Source: an uncultured Bacillales bacterium
Lineage (GTDB): Bacteria > Bacillota_I > Bacilli_A > Acholeplasmatales > Anaeroplasmataceae
Reading direction: 5' to 3'
Length of the DNA stretch: 64,000 bases
NCBI GenBank assembly: GCA_946626345.1
Contig: CAMOUB010000001.1
Span: forward strand, 643 to 64,642
Notes under the pieces: generated by a model
What the model was told of the DNA's origin: nothing
Seen by the model: the letters and a program-made list of their open reading frames with translations, nothing else
Databases searched by the model: none
Made by a program: the position numbers and the translations under genes
Shown: positions 19,920 to 29,489 of the stretch, piece after piece
Numbering within the stretch: position 1 is the first letter of the stretch
How the letters are laid out: each line of letters begins with the position of its first letter

Positions 19920-21236
19920 TTGCTTATGAAAAAAATAATGTATCATTTAGAATACATCTTAATAATACCGCTTATAATAATGTCATTTATTTTCGCAAGC
20001 TGTGATAATTTTATATATTATCTAATAGGTATATGTTTTTCTATAATGGCATTATGCTATATATTACTTTTAATAAATAAATCTAAAACAAAAGCACTAT
20101 CTGGCATATTTATGTTTATTAATGGCGCGGTATTTATTGTAATATTATTATTACTTGCAATATCTAAGTTATCTAATAAAGTATTTTGGGCATTTGCAAT
20201 ATACGCTGGAATATATGGAATATTTAAAATATTTTCATTTATCTATTATAGACAATTTAATGATTTAAAAAATACAATATATAAAGAATATTCTATCATT
20301 ATGATAATGATTATGATTAATCTTATTACATGTATGATAATTTATAATTTTTCTGAAGATGAAAACTTAACATATATGGTAGAAATATTAGTTAAGATAT
20401 TTGTTGATAATTATACTAAATATGATACTCTTAAATTCTATTTAATAGTTATAAAGCTTGCTTTAAATTTTATAACATCTATCTTTGTAGCATATTATTC
20501 TTCATCTTCAATGATTTTATTATTAAAAGATAAACCACTAACAATGAAAGAAAAAATAAAATCAGTTGTTGATTTTATACAAAAATATTATCTAGCATTT
20601 ATAATTGGAGAAATATTTACTACTATTATATTTATAAATTATGCAATAAAATCAAATGATAATGAGCAATATAAATACATATCATTTTTCTATTTAATAA
20701 TATTATTCTTAAGAACATTATTATTTATTTGGAATTTAATATTAGAAAAGAAATATAAAAATGAAAAATATCGATTATATAGAAAACAATTTATATTATT
20801 AATTATTACAGCAGCAACATTTATAATATTAAATCAACCACTAAATAGTGCCTTGCTTGCAATATCTATAGAAAATAATAATCCAAACGCATTCCCAACA
20901 TGGTGGTTAATATTAATTATCTTACCATTTTCAGGTTATGGATTTTTATCTTCATTCTTATCATATAAAAGAGCAAGAATGAATGATAATGCATATTTAA
21001 TGGCATATTCTAATTTATCTTTTGTTTCATCTTTATTTATGTTTTTTGGTTCAATTGTATATATAATTGCAAAATTAGATGATACTCCTGCAGTTATTAT
21101 ATGGTATATATTAATAACCATAGTAATATTAGCTGAATTAATAGTATCTATTATCTCTTTAGTTATTGGTATTAAAGGTGTTATTGGTAAAAGAAAAAAA
21201 GAATCAGATTTTGAAATTGAAAATGGAGACGAATAA
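19920..21236 (+). CDS. Hypothetical polytopic membrane protein, probably two homologous halves
   Basis: About 11-12 TM segments; followed by the terminator ggagacga/tcgtctcc plus T-tract (21225-21252). Confidence 0.7.
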   Translation: MLMKKIMYHLEYILIIPLIIMSFIFASCDNFIYYLIGICFSIMALCYILLLINKSKTKALSGIFMFINGAVFIVILLLLAISKLSNKVFWAFAIYAGIYGIFKIFSFIYYRQFNDLKNTIYKEYSIIMIMIMINLITCMIIYNFSEDENLTYMVEILVKIFVDNYTKYDTLKFYLIVIKLALNFITSIFVAYYSSSSMILLLKDKPLTMKEKIKSVVDFIQKYYLAFIIGEIFTTIIFINYAIKSNDNEQYKYISFFYLIILFLRTLLFIWNLILEKKYKNEKYRLYRKQFILLIITAATFIILNQPLNSALLAISIENNNPNAFPTWWLILIILPFSGYGFLSSFLSYKRARMNDNAYLMAYSNLSFVSSLFMFFGSIVYIIAKLDDTPAVIIWYILITIVILAELIVSIISLVIGIKGVIGKRKKESDFEIENGDE

Positions 21237-21250
21237 TCGTCTCCTCTTTT

Positions 21251-21523
21251 TTACATTTGTAAATATGCCATTATAAAAGGACCTACGCCTTTAGCATCAT
21301 TTGTTCCTACTGGTTCTGATAGATAATAATCCATTATTTCACTACTATATACTTCTCTTACAATTTCAGTAGTTTTACTTACTTTTGTTTCAGATTCTTT
21401 TTCAGTAGGTATAGATGTATCTGGTATAGTTATTGTATCTTTTGTTTCAATGTTTTTCTTATTACATGATATTAATAGAAATGAGAATAATAGAATAGGT
21501 ACAATTTAAATTAGTCTTTTCAT
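21251..21523 (-). pseudogene. Remnant of a lipoprotein GH105 (unsaturated rhamnogalacturonyl hydrolase-like) gene with a premature stop and a large in-frame deletion
   Basis: Manual translation: MKRLI*IVPILLFSFLLISCNKKNIETKDTITIPDTSIPTEKESETKVSKTTEIVREVYSSEIMDYYLSEPVGTNDAKGVGPFIMAYLQM*. The tail matches the GH105/YteR C-terminal motif YYxSEPxxxNDAKGVGPF. Confidence 0.8.
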
Positions 21524-22008
21524 TATTTGGTCTTCTTTTCAATAAATACTAAATAATCTAATGCCTTTTTAGTTAATACCTCAAAGCCATAATATTTTAA
21601 TATTTCTCTATATAATTCCTCTCCTCTTTTATCTATAGTAGATACAAGATTTTTCATTTCTTCAACAGGTATATCATAAATTTGTCTTTCATAGCCAACT
21701 CTAATATAATCTAATTCAAATATTCCTGATGCAGGCCATAATACCTTATCATAAAAATTATCAGTTTCTTTAAATCCTAATTTCTTAATATGATCTAATA
21801 TAATATCTAATGCTTTTTGACTGATTTTTCCAATATTAAATGCTTCTCTTAATCTAGCTTTAACTAGATTTAATGTAATTGGAGCTTCAGTATTAACAAT
21901 AGATAATAAATTATCATCTAGTGCTTTTAATGTAGATTCATTTCCATCATACATTGAATTTAAATCCATTTTAATTAATTTTGCAAAAGTATATTCTCTA
22001 GTTTTCAT
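21523..22008 (-). CDS. Hypothetical protein resembling the DUF3320-type C-terminal region of DUF4011 helicases
   Basis: IVNTEAPI...RLREAFNI and RQIYDIPVEE...YGF patterns; GGGGG SD; TAATG overlap with the pseudogene. Confidence 0.6.
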   Translation of the reverse strand: MKTREYTFAKLIKMDLNSMYDGNESTLKALDDNLLSIVNTEAPITLNLVKARLREAFNIGKISQKALDIILDHIKKLGFKETDNFYDKVLWPASGIFELDYIRVGYERQIYDIPVEEMKNLVSTIDKRGEELYREILKYYGFEVLTKKALDYLVFIEKKTK

Positions 22009-22080
22009 AAACTACCCCCATACTTTAATTAGGTACTGTCAAAAGTTTGTACTTTCAGTACCTCTTTTTCTTTATATTTA

Positions 22081-22136
22081 ATAGTAATAAATACTATAAA
22101 ATAACTTAATAGTAATAAATACTATAAAATAACTTA
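22081..22136. repeat. 28-bp tandem duplication inside the IS left end
   Basis: atagtaataaatactataaaataactta x2 (22081-22108, 22109-22136). Confidence 0.9.
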
Positions 22137-22219
22137 ATAAAATATTTATATAAACAAAAAAGATAGATCCTTTGATATAATTAAGCTGCGAAACCAATTA
22201 AATAGAAAGGATCTATCCA

Positions 22220-23800
22220 ATGGAAAGTATAGCACAAATTATTAATTTCAAAAAGGAAATTGAACAAATTAGTTTAAATTTATTTAATATTGAATCAGAA
22301 TTAAATGTATTAGAATTATTAAATCCTATACCAGCTAAAATAATATCTATTCTATCTAATCCTGAGTTATTAGATGTTACTTCTAAGGCTTCTGAATATA
22401 TTAGTAAGCTTCATAACTTATTAAACGGAGTTAATAGATTATTACATAAAGAGCTTTATGAACAAAAACAAACATCTAAACCTAAGGACGAACCTTACGC
22501 TGGTTTTAAAGTTGATGAAAAGCCATTAACTGCCAAAGAGATTGGTAAAGAGCCTAGACAGCCTAATATGTGTAACTTTGAAGAAATAAAATCAAACTAC
22601 GAACAAGAATATCATAAACCACTAAAACCAATAAATAGACATACACAATTACCATACAAGGGCGATTGTGTTTTTTGTGGTGCTCCTAATAGTTATCTTT
22701 ATAACAATAACAATGGTGACCAGTGTAAATGTAAAGCTTGTAGCAATACATTTAGTTTTAAGACTAAATTCTACGATGAATTAAGTTTTTACTGTCCACA
22801 TTGCAAGCATAAACTTGGAATTAATCATGATAGAAATAATTACACGGTTTATCACTGTTTTAATGATAAGTGTAACTTTTATCTTAACAACCTAAAGAAA
22901 CAAGCAAATGGTGATGAATCACTTAAAACTGTTTCTAATTGTGATAAATTAAGATATACGTATAGAGCATTCAAATTTGATTTTAATCAGGTTAATTCTA
23001 GCGATAAAATAGCTTTTGATACTAAAATATCATTAGATAGAGCCCATCATTCTCCACAAACTATAGGAACTATTCTAACTCTTTATATTAATTATGGATT
23101 ATCTTCTAGAAAGGTATCTATGTTAATGAAGGATTTATTTAATATTGAAATATCTCATCAAACAGTAATGAATTATGCTGAGGCATCTGCATCACTTCTT
23201 CAAAATTTAGTAATTAATTATCACTACAAACTAGGTCATATACTATGTGGTGATGAAACATATATTAAGGTTTTAGGTAAAACCAAATATGTTTTCTTCT
23301 TTTCTGATCCTGAAACTAAAATAATCACAGCTTGGCGTATTTATGATCATAGAGATACTAAAAACGCTGTTGAATCAATTTTAATGTCATTACATAGATA
23401 TACGAAAATACCAGAAGATTTATTAATAATTACTGATGCAAATCCAATATATAATGCAGCCCAAATTTTTCTTGAAATGAATGGAATCAAGTTTAATCTT
23501 CAACAAGTAGTTGGCGTATCTAATAAAGATGAAATATCGAAAACTTATCGACCTTATAAGCAAATTGAAGAAAGATTAAACAGAACATATAAACAAAACT
23601 ATTATGGTACCAATGGTTACCAAACCTTGACATCAGCAAATGTTTATATGATTTTATATGTCACATTCTTTAATTTCTTAAGAAGACATTCATCATTAGA
23701 TTTCAAAACTCCAGTTGAAATGGCTGAGTTAGATGAAGTTATTCTTATGCCTGATAAATGGGTTACATTAATTAACCTTAGTAAATCATACATAAACTAA
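22220..23800 (+). CDS. DDE transposase with N-terminal zinc-ribbon motifs
   Basis: CVFC/CKAC/CPHC motifs; GLSSRKVS HTH; GDETYIKV, TDANPIY and EERLNRTYK (IS6/IS240-type D-D-E). Confidence 0.92.
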   Translation: MESIAQIINFKKEIEQISLNLFNIESELNVLELLNPIPAKIISILSNPELLDVTSKASEYISKLHNLLNGVNRLLHKELYEQKQTSKPKDEPYAGFKVDEKPLTAKEIGKEPRQPNMCNFEEIKSNYEQEYHKPLKPINRHTQLPYKGDCVFCGAPNSYLYNNNNGDQCKCKACSNTFSFKTKFYDELSFYCPHCKHKLGINHDRNNYTVYHCFNDKCNFYLNNLKKQANGDESLKTVSNCDKLRYTYRAFKFDFNQVNSSDKIAFDTKISLDRAHHSPQTIGTILTLYINYGLSSRKVSMLMKDLFNIEISHQTVMNYAEASASLLQNLVINYHYKLGHILCGDETYIKVLGKTKYVFFFSDPETKIITAWRIYDHRDTKNAVESILMSLHRYTKIPEDLLIITDANPIYNAAQIFLEMNGIKFNLQQVVGVSNKDEISKTYRPYKQIEERLNRTYKQNYYGTNGYQTLTSANVYMILYVTFFNFLRRHSSLDFKTPVEMAELDEVILMPDKWVTLINLSKSYIN

Positions 23801-24104
23801 TTATATTCAAATAACACTATTACCTACAAAATTAGATGTAGGTCTTTTTGTGTTACTCTTTTTTGCCAAAGAACTTAAGTCAAATAAGCGTTGATGGCTC
23901 AATTGTGCTTTCACAATTAAATTTATCATTTACCTACATTAAATAAGTACCAGTTTTCATAACTTATTTGACACTACCCTTTAATTATAATATAAGATTT
24001 ATTACTTTTAAATAATATAATTTAGGCTATTTTTAGGTTAAAGGTTTTTTTTCACATACTTTCCATATTTTTTTAAATATTTATCACAAAAGAATTAATT
24101 AAAA

Positions 24105-24310
24105 TATAATTGTCAAAAGACAGAAAGGACAAAATAATTAAAATCTATTAATCATATATTCTCCCCAAACCAAACTTATATTAAATAGATAAAAAAATAG
24201 ATAGACTATAGACTTTTTCTATAATCTATCTATCAATTATTTTGTTCTTATTTTGACATACACAACTAATTTCATTTCTTTTTCTCTCCCCATGATAATG
24301 GGGTTTTTCT
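24105..24310 (+). ncRNA. Candidate structured small RNA
   Basis: TATAAT at 24105-24110, nested stems, two TCTCCCC motifs and a +-oriented terminator ccccat/atgggg plus T5 with no credible + ORF in front. Confidence 0.4.
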
Positions 24311-25067
24311 ATTTTTCGTATGTTTTATTATTATTTATTAAAGCAACAATAGATCCTATTGCGTCAAATAGCATCAAAGATAAAAATCCAAAAACAATAG
24401 ATGTTATAAACATTGTTTTATCTTTAGTTCTAATTGTTGCGATATCTCTTCCTATTAATAAAATATAAATATTTATAGGAATTAATAAGACAATTGCATA
24501 AAAGCATCCATAGAAAACCACTAAAAATAAATTCCAAAATGCCCAACCACTTTTTTCTTCCATTACTGATTTTAAAAATGCCCCAATTGATGGGAAAGCA
24601 AATTTTATAACGACAAAACAATATAGAAAAATTAATATGACACCCATTACTATAGATAATATAAATAATGTTAATACTCCATTATCCATTTCAAGCTTAG
24701 TGTTTTTCTTATGCTCATATTCTACTTTTACTATATTCTCAGTTTCATTAGTATCATCAAGTATAGTTTTTTCTTTAACCTTAGATACACATATTATTAA
24801 TCCAAATATTGCAGATATTAAACCTAAGATATTAAATGATATTCCACATATTACAATTGTTATAATATGGATATATAATTTATTTATTTTTCTTTCTAAA
24901 ATAATAAATACTAAAGATGAAATTACTAATAATAAATAAATAGCTGAAGCTACTAAACCAGTAGTACTTTCTTCAAATCCATTTCTTAGCGTATTAAATG
25001 AAACAGCAGTTAATATTGCTGATGCAATTATAGCTAATATATTTAATGTATTAAATGCTTTTCTCAT
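24309..25067 (-). CDS. Hypothetical membrane protein
   Basis: About 6-7 TMs; likely start MRKAF at 25067 behind GGGAG. Confidence 0.7.
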   Translation of the reverse strand: MRKAFNTLNILAIIASAILTAVSFNTLRNGFEESTTGLVASAIYLLLVISSLVFIILERKINKLYIHIITIVICGISFNILGLISAIFGLIICVSKVKEKTILDDTNETENIVKVEYEHKKNTKLEMDNGVLTLFILSIVMGVILIFLYCFVVIKFAFPSIGAFLKSVMEEKSGWAFWNLFLVVFYGCFYAIVLLIPINIYILLIGRDIATIRTKDKTMFITSIVFGFLSLMLFDAIGSIVALINNNKTYEK

Positions 25068-25136
25068 ATAAAACTCCCAAAACACATACATTATACTATA
25101 AAAAAAGAATGTGAGTCAAATCACATTCCTTATAAA

Positions 25137-26423
25137 TTAATGTAATGGTTTTAAAATCTTCTCTCCACCCATATATGGTTGTAATGCCTTAGGAACATTA
25201 ATAGATCCATCTTCATTATAATTATTTTCAATTACAGCGATTAACCCACGTGGAGATGCAACTACTGTATTATTTAATGTATGAACTAAATATGTACCAT
25301 TTTCATTTTTAGTTCTTATACCTAATCTTCTTGCTTGAGCATCACCTAAAGTTGAACATGAACCAACTTCGAAATATTTCTTTTGACGTGGACTCCAAGC
25401 TTCTACATCACATGATTTAACCTTTAGGTCAGCTAAATCACCAGAACAGCATTCAAGTGTTCTAACAGGAACATCAAGTGATCTAAAGAATTCAACAGTG
25501 AATGACCACATTTTATTATACCAATCCATTGATTCTTCTGGCTTACAAATAACAATCATTTCTTGTTTTTCAAATTGATGTACTCTATATACTCCACGCT
25601 CTTCAATACCATGAGCACCAACTTCTTTTCTGAAGCATGGTGAATATGAAGTTAATGTAATAGGTAATGATTCTTCTTTTACGATTTGTCCTTTAAATCT
25701 ACCAATCATTGAATGCTCTGATGTACCAATTAAATATAGGTCTTCACCTTCAATTTTATACATCATGTTTTCCATTTCAGCAAAAGACATAACTCCATTA
25801 ACTACATCTGATCTAATCATAAATGGAGGAATACAATAAGTAAATCCTTTATTAATCATAAAATCTCTAGCATATGATAACATAGCTGAATGTAATCTTG
25901 CGATAGGACCACATAGATAATAGAATCCATTGCCTGAAGTTCTACCAGATGCTTCTTTATCTAAGCCATCAAATCTTGCCATAATATCTGAATGATATGG
26001 AATTTCATATGCAGGAACTACTGGTTCACCATATTTTTGATTTTCAACATTTTCTGAATCATCTTTTCCTACTGGTACTGATGCATCAATAATATTAGGA
26101 ATAACCATCATTCTTTTTGTTAATTCTTCTGATAGCTTATCTAATTCAGGTTCAATTTCTGTGATTCTTTCGTTATTTTTAGCAACTGTTTCTTTAATCT
26201 TATTTGCTTCATCGATTTTCTTTTCTCTCATTAAAACACCGATTTGTTTTGATAAATCGTTTCTTGAAGCTCTTAGAGTTTCAGATTCTTGCTTTAATGC
26301 TCTAATTTTCTTATCAATTTCAATTACCTCATCAACAAGTGGTAATTTTTGATCTTGATATTTCTTTTTAATATTCTCTTTTACAATATCAGGATTTTCT
26401 CTTACAAATTTAATATCTAACAT
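25137..26423 (-). CDS. serS: Serine--tRNA ligase
   Basis: MLDIK N-terminal coiled coil, LIGTSEH, CFRKEVG, RVHQFEKQE, EVGSCS, HTLN. Confidence 0.98.
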   Translation of the reverse strand: MLDIKFVRENPDIVKENIKKKYQDQKLPLVDEVIEIDKKIRALKQESETLRASRNDLSKQIGVLMREKKIDEANKIKETVAKNNERITEIEPELDKLSEELTKRMMVIPNIIDASVPVGKDDSENVENQKYGEPVVPAYEIPYHSDIMARFDGLDKEASGRTSGNGFYYLCGPIARLHSAMLSYARDFMINKGFTYCIPPFMIRSDVVNGVMSFAEMENMMYKIEGEDLYLIGTSEHSMIGRFKGQIVKEESLPITLTSYSPCFRKEVGAHGIEERGVYRVHQFEKQEMIVICKPEESMDWYNKMWSFTVEFFRSLDVPVRTLECCSGDLADLKVKSCDVEAWSPRQKKYFEVGSCSTLGDAQARRLGIRTKNENGTYLVHTLNNTVVASPRGLIAVIENNYNEDGSINVPKALQPYMGGEKILKPLH

Positions 26424-26435
26424 TTTTTCCTCCTA

Positions 26436-26620
26436 TAAAAAAAGTCCTTAAAAGAATTTAATCTTTAAGGACGAATTACCGTGGTGCCACCTTAATTCTA
26501 GCTTTCGCTAGCACTTTTAATTAAATTATCCATCAAGGCTAGATTCATATAAATTATCATACTGTATCACACCAAACTACAGCTCTCTTAAATGCATCAT
26601 TATATTACTTATTCCTATCA
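26436..26620 (-). promoter_or_regulatory. T-box riboswitch leader of serS (Ser specifier UCU)
   Basis: GA/AGTA, AGAGA and GGTG stem-I motifs, GAA-TCT specifier (26541-26543), T-box AATTAAGGTGGCACCACGG (26479-26497), terminator gtccttaaa/tttaaggac plus U-tract before the SD. Confidence 0.92.
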
Positions 26621-26713
26621 CTTGGAATTACAAAAATAATTATATAATATATAATTCATTTTTTCAAGAAAAAGAAAAAGTGAAATTGAAAATACAATCT
26701 CACTTTAAATATT

Positions 26714-27595
26714 TTATTTTATATCTCGCTTTAAGAAGATAAATGCACCAAAGAATCCATATACAAATGTAAAACAAATAGGATTAATAAAATATGCAAT
26801 TACTTCATACATTGTATAGCTAAATATATTTAAACTAGACATTTCTCTATGAATATTTAAGCAATTAATTAATATTGCAGCATTATACCAGAAATCTTCT
26901 GTTGCGTTTCTTTCAACACTTTCTAATGCCATAATTGCTGCATCACATGCTGTTGATGCAATCATTCCAATAAATCCTAAAACTATTGAAAAAATGATAG
27001 CTAGTGCTGTTTTATTTAGGCCTACAGCAAAGAAACAAATAAATGCTGTAAAGAATAAATAGCCTAATATACCAAAGCCAATACCTTCAATTAATGGTAA
27101 TAAATCATCAACAAATACTTTTCCACCACTTGCATCATATGGGAAGAATACACTTGCAATTGCAAAGCTTAATAATGAACTAAAGAATGCAATAGCAAAC
27201 ATAAATACAAATAATGTAATAAATAATGAGAAATAAATATTTATTCTCTTATGTCCTGCAATTATTTTATTTCTAATAATTCCATATGAGAATTCATTTG
27301 AAATAATAGTAGTAAATAAAATAGCTGTAATAATAAATACTACATTTACAGATGATGATCTTACACCCATTAATGTAAATCCAAATTGGAAACCATAAGA
27401 TGAGAATGCGAAATCTCTTGCACTAAAATAAACTTCTAATGGATCTTCAGATGATAAAGTAGAATTCATCAAATATTGTAATCCAGCATATAAAAGTGGA
27501 AGAAATAAAGCAATAGCAAATGAGATTATTGAAATAATAATAAATTGTTTACTTCTTAAAAATCTCATCATATCAGTTTTTAATAGATTAATCAT
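26714..27595 (-). CDS. ABC-2 type exporter permease
   Basis: 6 TMs, EFSYGIIRNKIIAGHKR motif, C-terminal KRDIK. Confidence 0.88.
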   Translation of the reverse strand: MINLLKTDMMRFLRSKQFIIISIISFAIALFLPLLYAGLQYLMNSTLSSEDPLEVYFSARDFAFSSYGFQFGFTLMGVRSSSVNVVFIITAILFTTIISNEFSYGIIRNKIIAGHKRINIYFSLFITLFVFMFAIAFFSSLLSFAIASVFFPYDASGGKVFVDDLLPLIEGIGFGILGYLFFTAFICFFAVGLNKTALAIIFSIVLGFIGMIASTACDAAIMALESVERNATEDFWYNAAILINCLNIHREMSSLNIFSYTMYEVIAYFINPICFTFVYGFFGAFIFLKRDIK

Positions 27596-28586
27596 TGTTC
27601 TTACCTCCTATTACAGATAAATAAAAATCTTCAATAGAAGCTTGTTTAGTTTTAATATCTAATATTGCAACTTTAACCTCTAAGAACTTTTTAACTAATT
27701 CATTAATATCAATTTCACCAGAAATAATAATTGTATCATCCTTATAATCTAATAATTCAGGTGAAATATCTTCCTTTAATAATTCATAAGCTTTTTCATT
27801 ATCAGTTGTTTTAATCAATGTTTCTTTCTTTTCAACTACATCTAATTCTTCTTTTGTTATTTCTTTTACTAATTTTCCTTTAGAAATAATTCCATATCTT
27901 GTAGCAACTAAAGATAATTCAGTTAAAATATGAGAAGAAATTAAGAATGTAATTCCTTTTTCTTGATTTAATTTAAGAATTAAATTTCTCATATTAACAA
28001 TACCTTCAGGATCTAATCCATTTAAAGGTTCATCTAATATTAAGAATTTAGGTTCATTAATTAGGCACATTGCTATACCTAATCTTTGACGCATACCTAA
28101 TGAGAAATTAACAGATTTTTTCTTAACATCAACATCTTCTAATCCAACATATTTTAAAATTTCAAATATCTTATTTTCGTCAATTGTTAAACCAAGCATT
28201 CTTTGTTGCATTTTTAGGTTATCAACTGCAGTCATATTAAGATAAATTGATGGTGCTTCAACAATTGCATTCATCTTTTTTCTAATTTCATATATTTTTT
28301 CGTCCTTTTCAGATACTCCAAATAACTTATATGATCCAGAATTTGCAAATATTAAACCTGTAACCACTCTAATAATTGTAGTTTTACCTGCACCATTTTC
28401 TCCAACAAATCCATATATATCTCCCTTTTTCACAGACATAGATACACCATCTAATACTTTATGAAAACCATATGTCTTTGTTATGTTTTCCGTAACTAAT
28501 GCATATTCGCTATTATCGATAATAGCATTGATTTCATTAGCCTCCACTATAACATCTCCTTTTTTAATTATTTTTCTTTTCTTCAA
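27588..28586 (-). CDS. ABC exporter ATP-binding subunit (BcrA-like)
   Basis: GENGAGKTT, FSLGMRQRLG, LDEPLNGLDP, SSH. Confidence 0.93.
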   Translation of the reverse strand: MKKRKIIKKGDVIVEANEINAIIDNSEYALVTENITKTYGFHKVLDGVSMSVKKGDIYGFVGENGAGKTTIIRVVTGLIFANSGSYKLFGVSEKDEKIYEIRKKMNAIVEAPSIYLNMTAVDNLKMQQRMLGLTIDENKIFEILKYVGLEDVDVKKKSVNFSLGMRQRLGIAMCLINEPKFLILDEPLNGLDPEGIVNMRNLILKLNQEKGITFLISSHILTELSLVATRYGIISKGKLVKEITKEELDVVEKKETLIKTTDNEKAYELLKEDISPELLDYKDDTIIISGEIDINELVKKFLEVKVAILDIKTKQASIEDFYLSVIGGKNND

Positions 28587-28836
28587 TAGTTTCTTCTTTT
28601 AAAATTGAATTCTTTTCTTCTGTTTCTTTATGTTTACGATATTCACCTTTAACATAAAAAAATCCAATGATAGATCCTACTATTAAAATTGCAAGTCCTA
28701 CTATTACTGCAAGATACCACTTATGTGTTAAATTAACCATTAATGTAATGTAGACTAATTCAGCAAATGATATATAGCCTAATACTAATAATATTGCCTT
28801 ATATTCTTTCTTTATAATCTCCATAATAGTCACCAT
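28564..28836 (-). CDS. Small 2-TM hypothetical protein
   Basis: Two hydrophobic helices and a charged tail; overlaps the ATPase start. Confidence 0.65.
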   Translation of the reverse strand: MVTIMEIIKKEYKAILLVLGYISFAELVYITLMVNLTHKWYLAVIVGLAILIVGSIIGFFYVKGEYRKHKETEEKNSILKEETIEEKKNN

Positions 28837-28857
28837 CCGAATATATTTATATCACAT

Positions 28858-29376
28858 TTAAATATTATTTACAATAATATTAATTTTTGATGAAATTTGA
28901 GAAATGTATTTTTCTTTTTCTTCTCTATTATTAAATACAATAATATTTTTATTTTTATATTTTTCTAATAATTCTAATACTATTGGCCTTGTTTCAATTT
29001 GCCAATTAATTAAAAATTCCTTAAATTCAGGGTCAAATTCATCTTCGATAAATGGACAATCTGTCCTATAGCTTCCTACTCTACTTGCTGCACCTTTAAG
29101 AGAATCTTCTAAAGAAAAATTAAAGAAAAATATTGTATCTGAATTTTTCATACGAATCTCATATGTTCTTGAATAATCACCATCAATGATAAATGATTCT
29201 TCTTTCAATATTTCGTTTAATTTCGTATCGAATTCTTCTTTTGAAATATGTGTTTTGTTTTTATTCCAAAATATATTATCTAAATGAAATACAGGTATAT
29301 TTAATATTTGACTTAGTTCTTTAGAAAAATACGATTTACCAGATCCACCAGGACCTATTACAATTATTTTTTTCAT
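28858..29376 (-). CDS. P-loop kinase, FlaR/topology-modulation-protein family
   Basis: IGPGGSGKS, HLDNIFW, IIDGDY. Confidence 0.85.
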   Translation of the reverse strand: MKKIIVIGPGGSGKSYFSKELSQILNIPVFHLDNIFWNKNKTHISKEEFDTKLNEILKEESFIIDGDYSRTYEIRMKNSDTIFFFNFSLEDSLKGAASRVGSYRTDCPFIEDEFDPEFKEFLINWQIETRPIVLELLEKYKNKNIIVFNNREEKEKYISQISSKINIIVNNI

Positions 29377-29489
29377 TTAATATCTAAAACCTCAGTTTCT
29401 TAAATATATTATATCAAATAAACTAGAATATGATATTAAAAGAAAGAAAAAAGGCTTGATACAGTGTATCAAACCTACTTATTATTAAT

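Larger units (their letters stand above)
22032..23978 (+). mobile_element. Complete insertion sequence, IS6-family-like (long-transposase type), 1947 bp
   Basis: Left end GGTACTGTCAAAAGTT, right end (reverse complement) GGTAGTGTCAAATAAGTT; flanked by a perfect 9-bp direct repeat CTTTAATTA (22023-22031, 23979-23987). Confidence 0.9.

Noticed and set aside
24137-24291. Minus-strand mini-ORFs after GGGGAGA (MKLVVYVKIRTK*, MINRF*) and the + ORF 24253-24468 as a type I toxin
   Set aside because: Too short or overlapping a real gene, and no promoter/terminator logic on that strand; retained only as an alternative to the sRNA hypothesis
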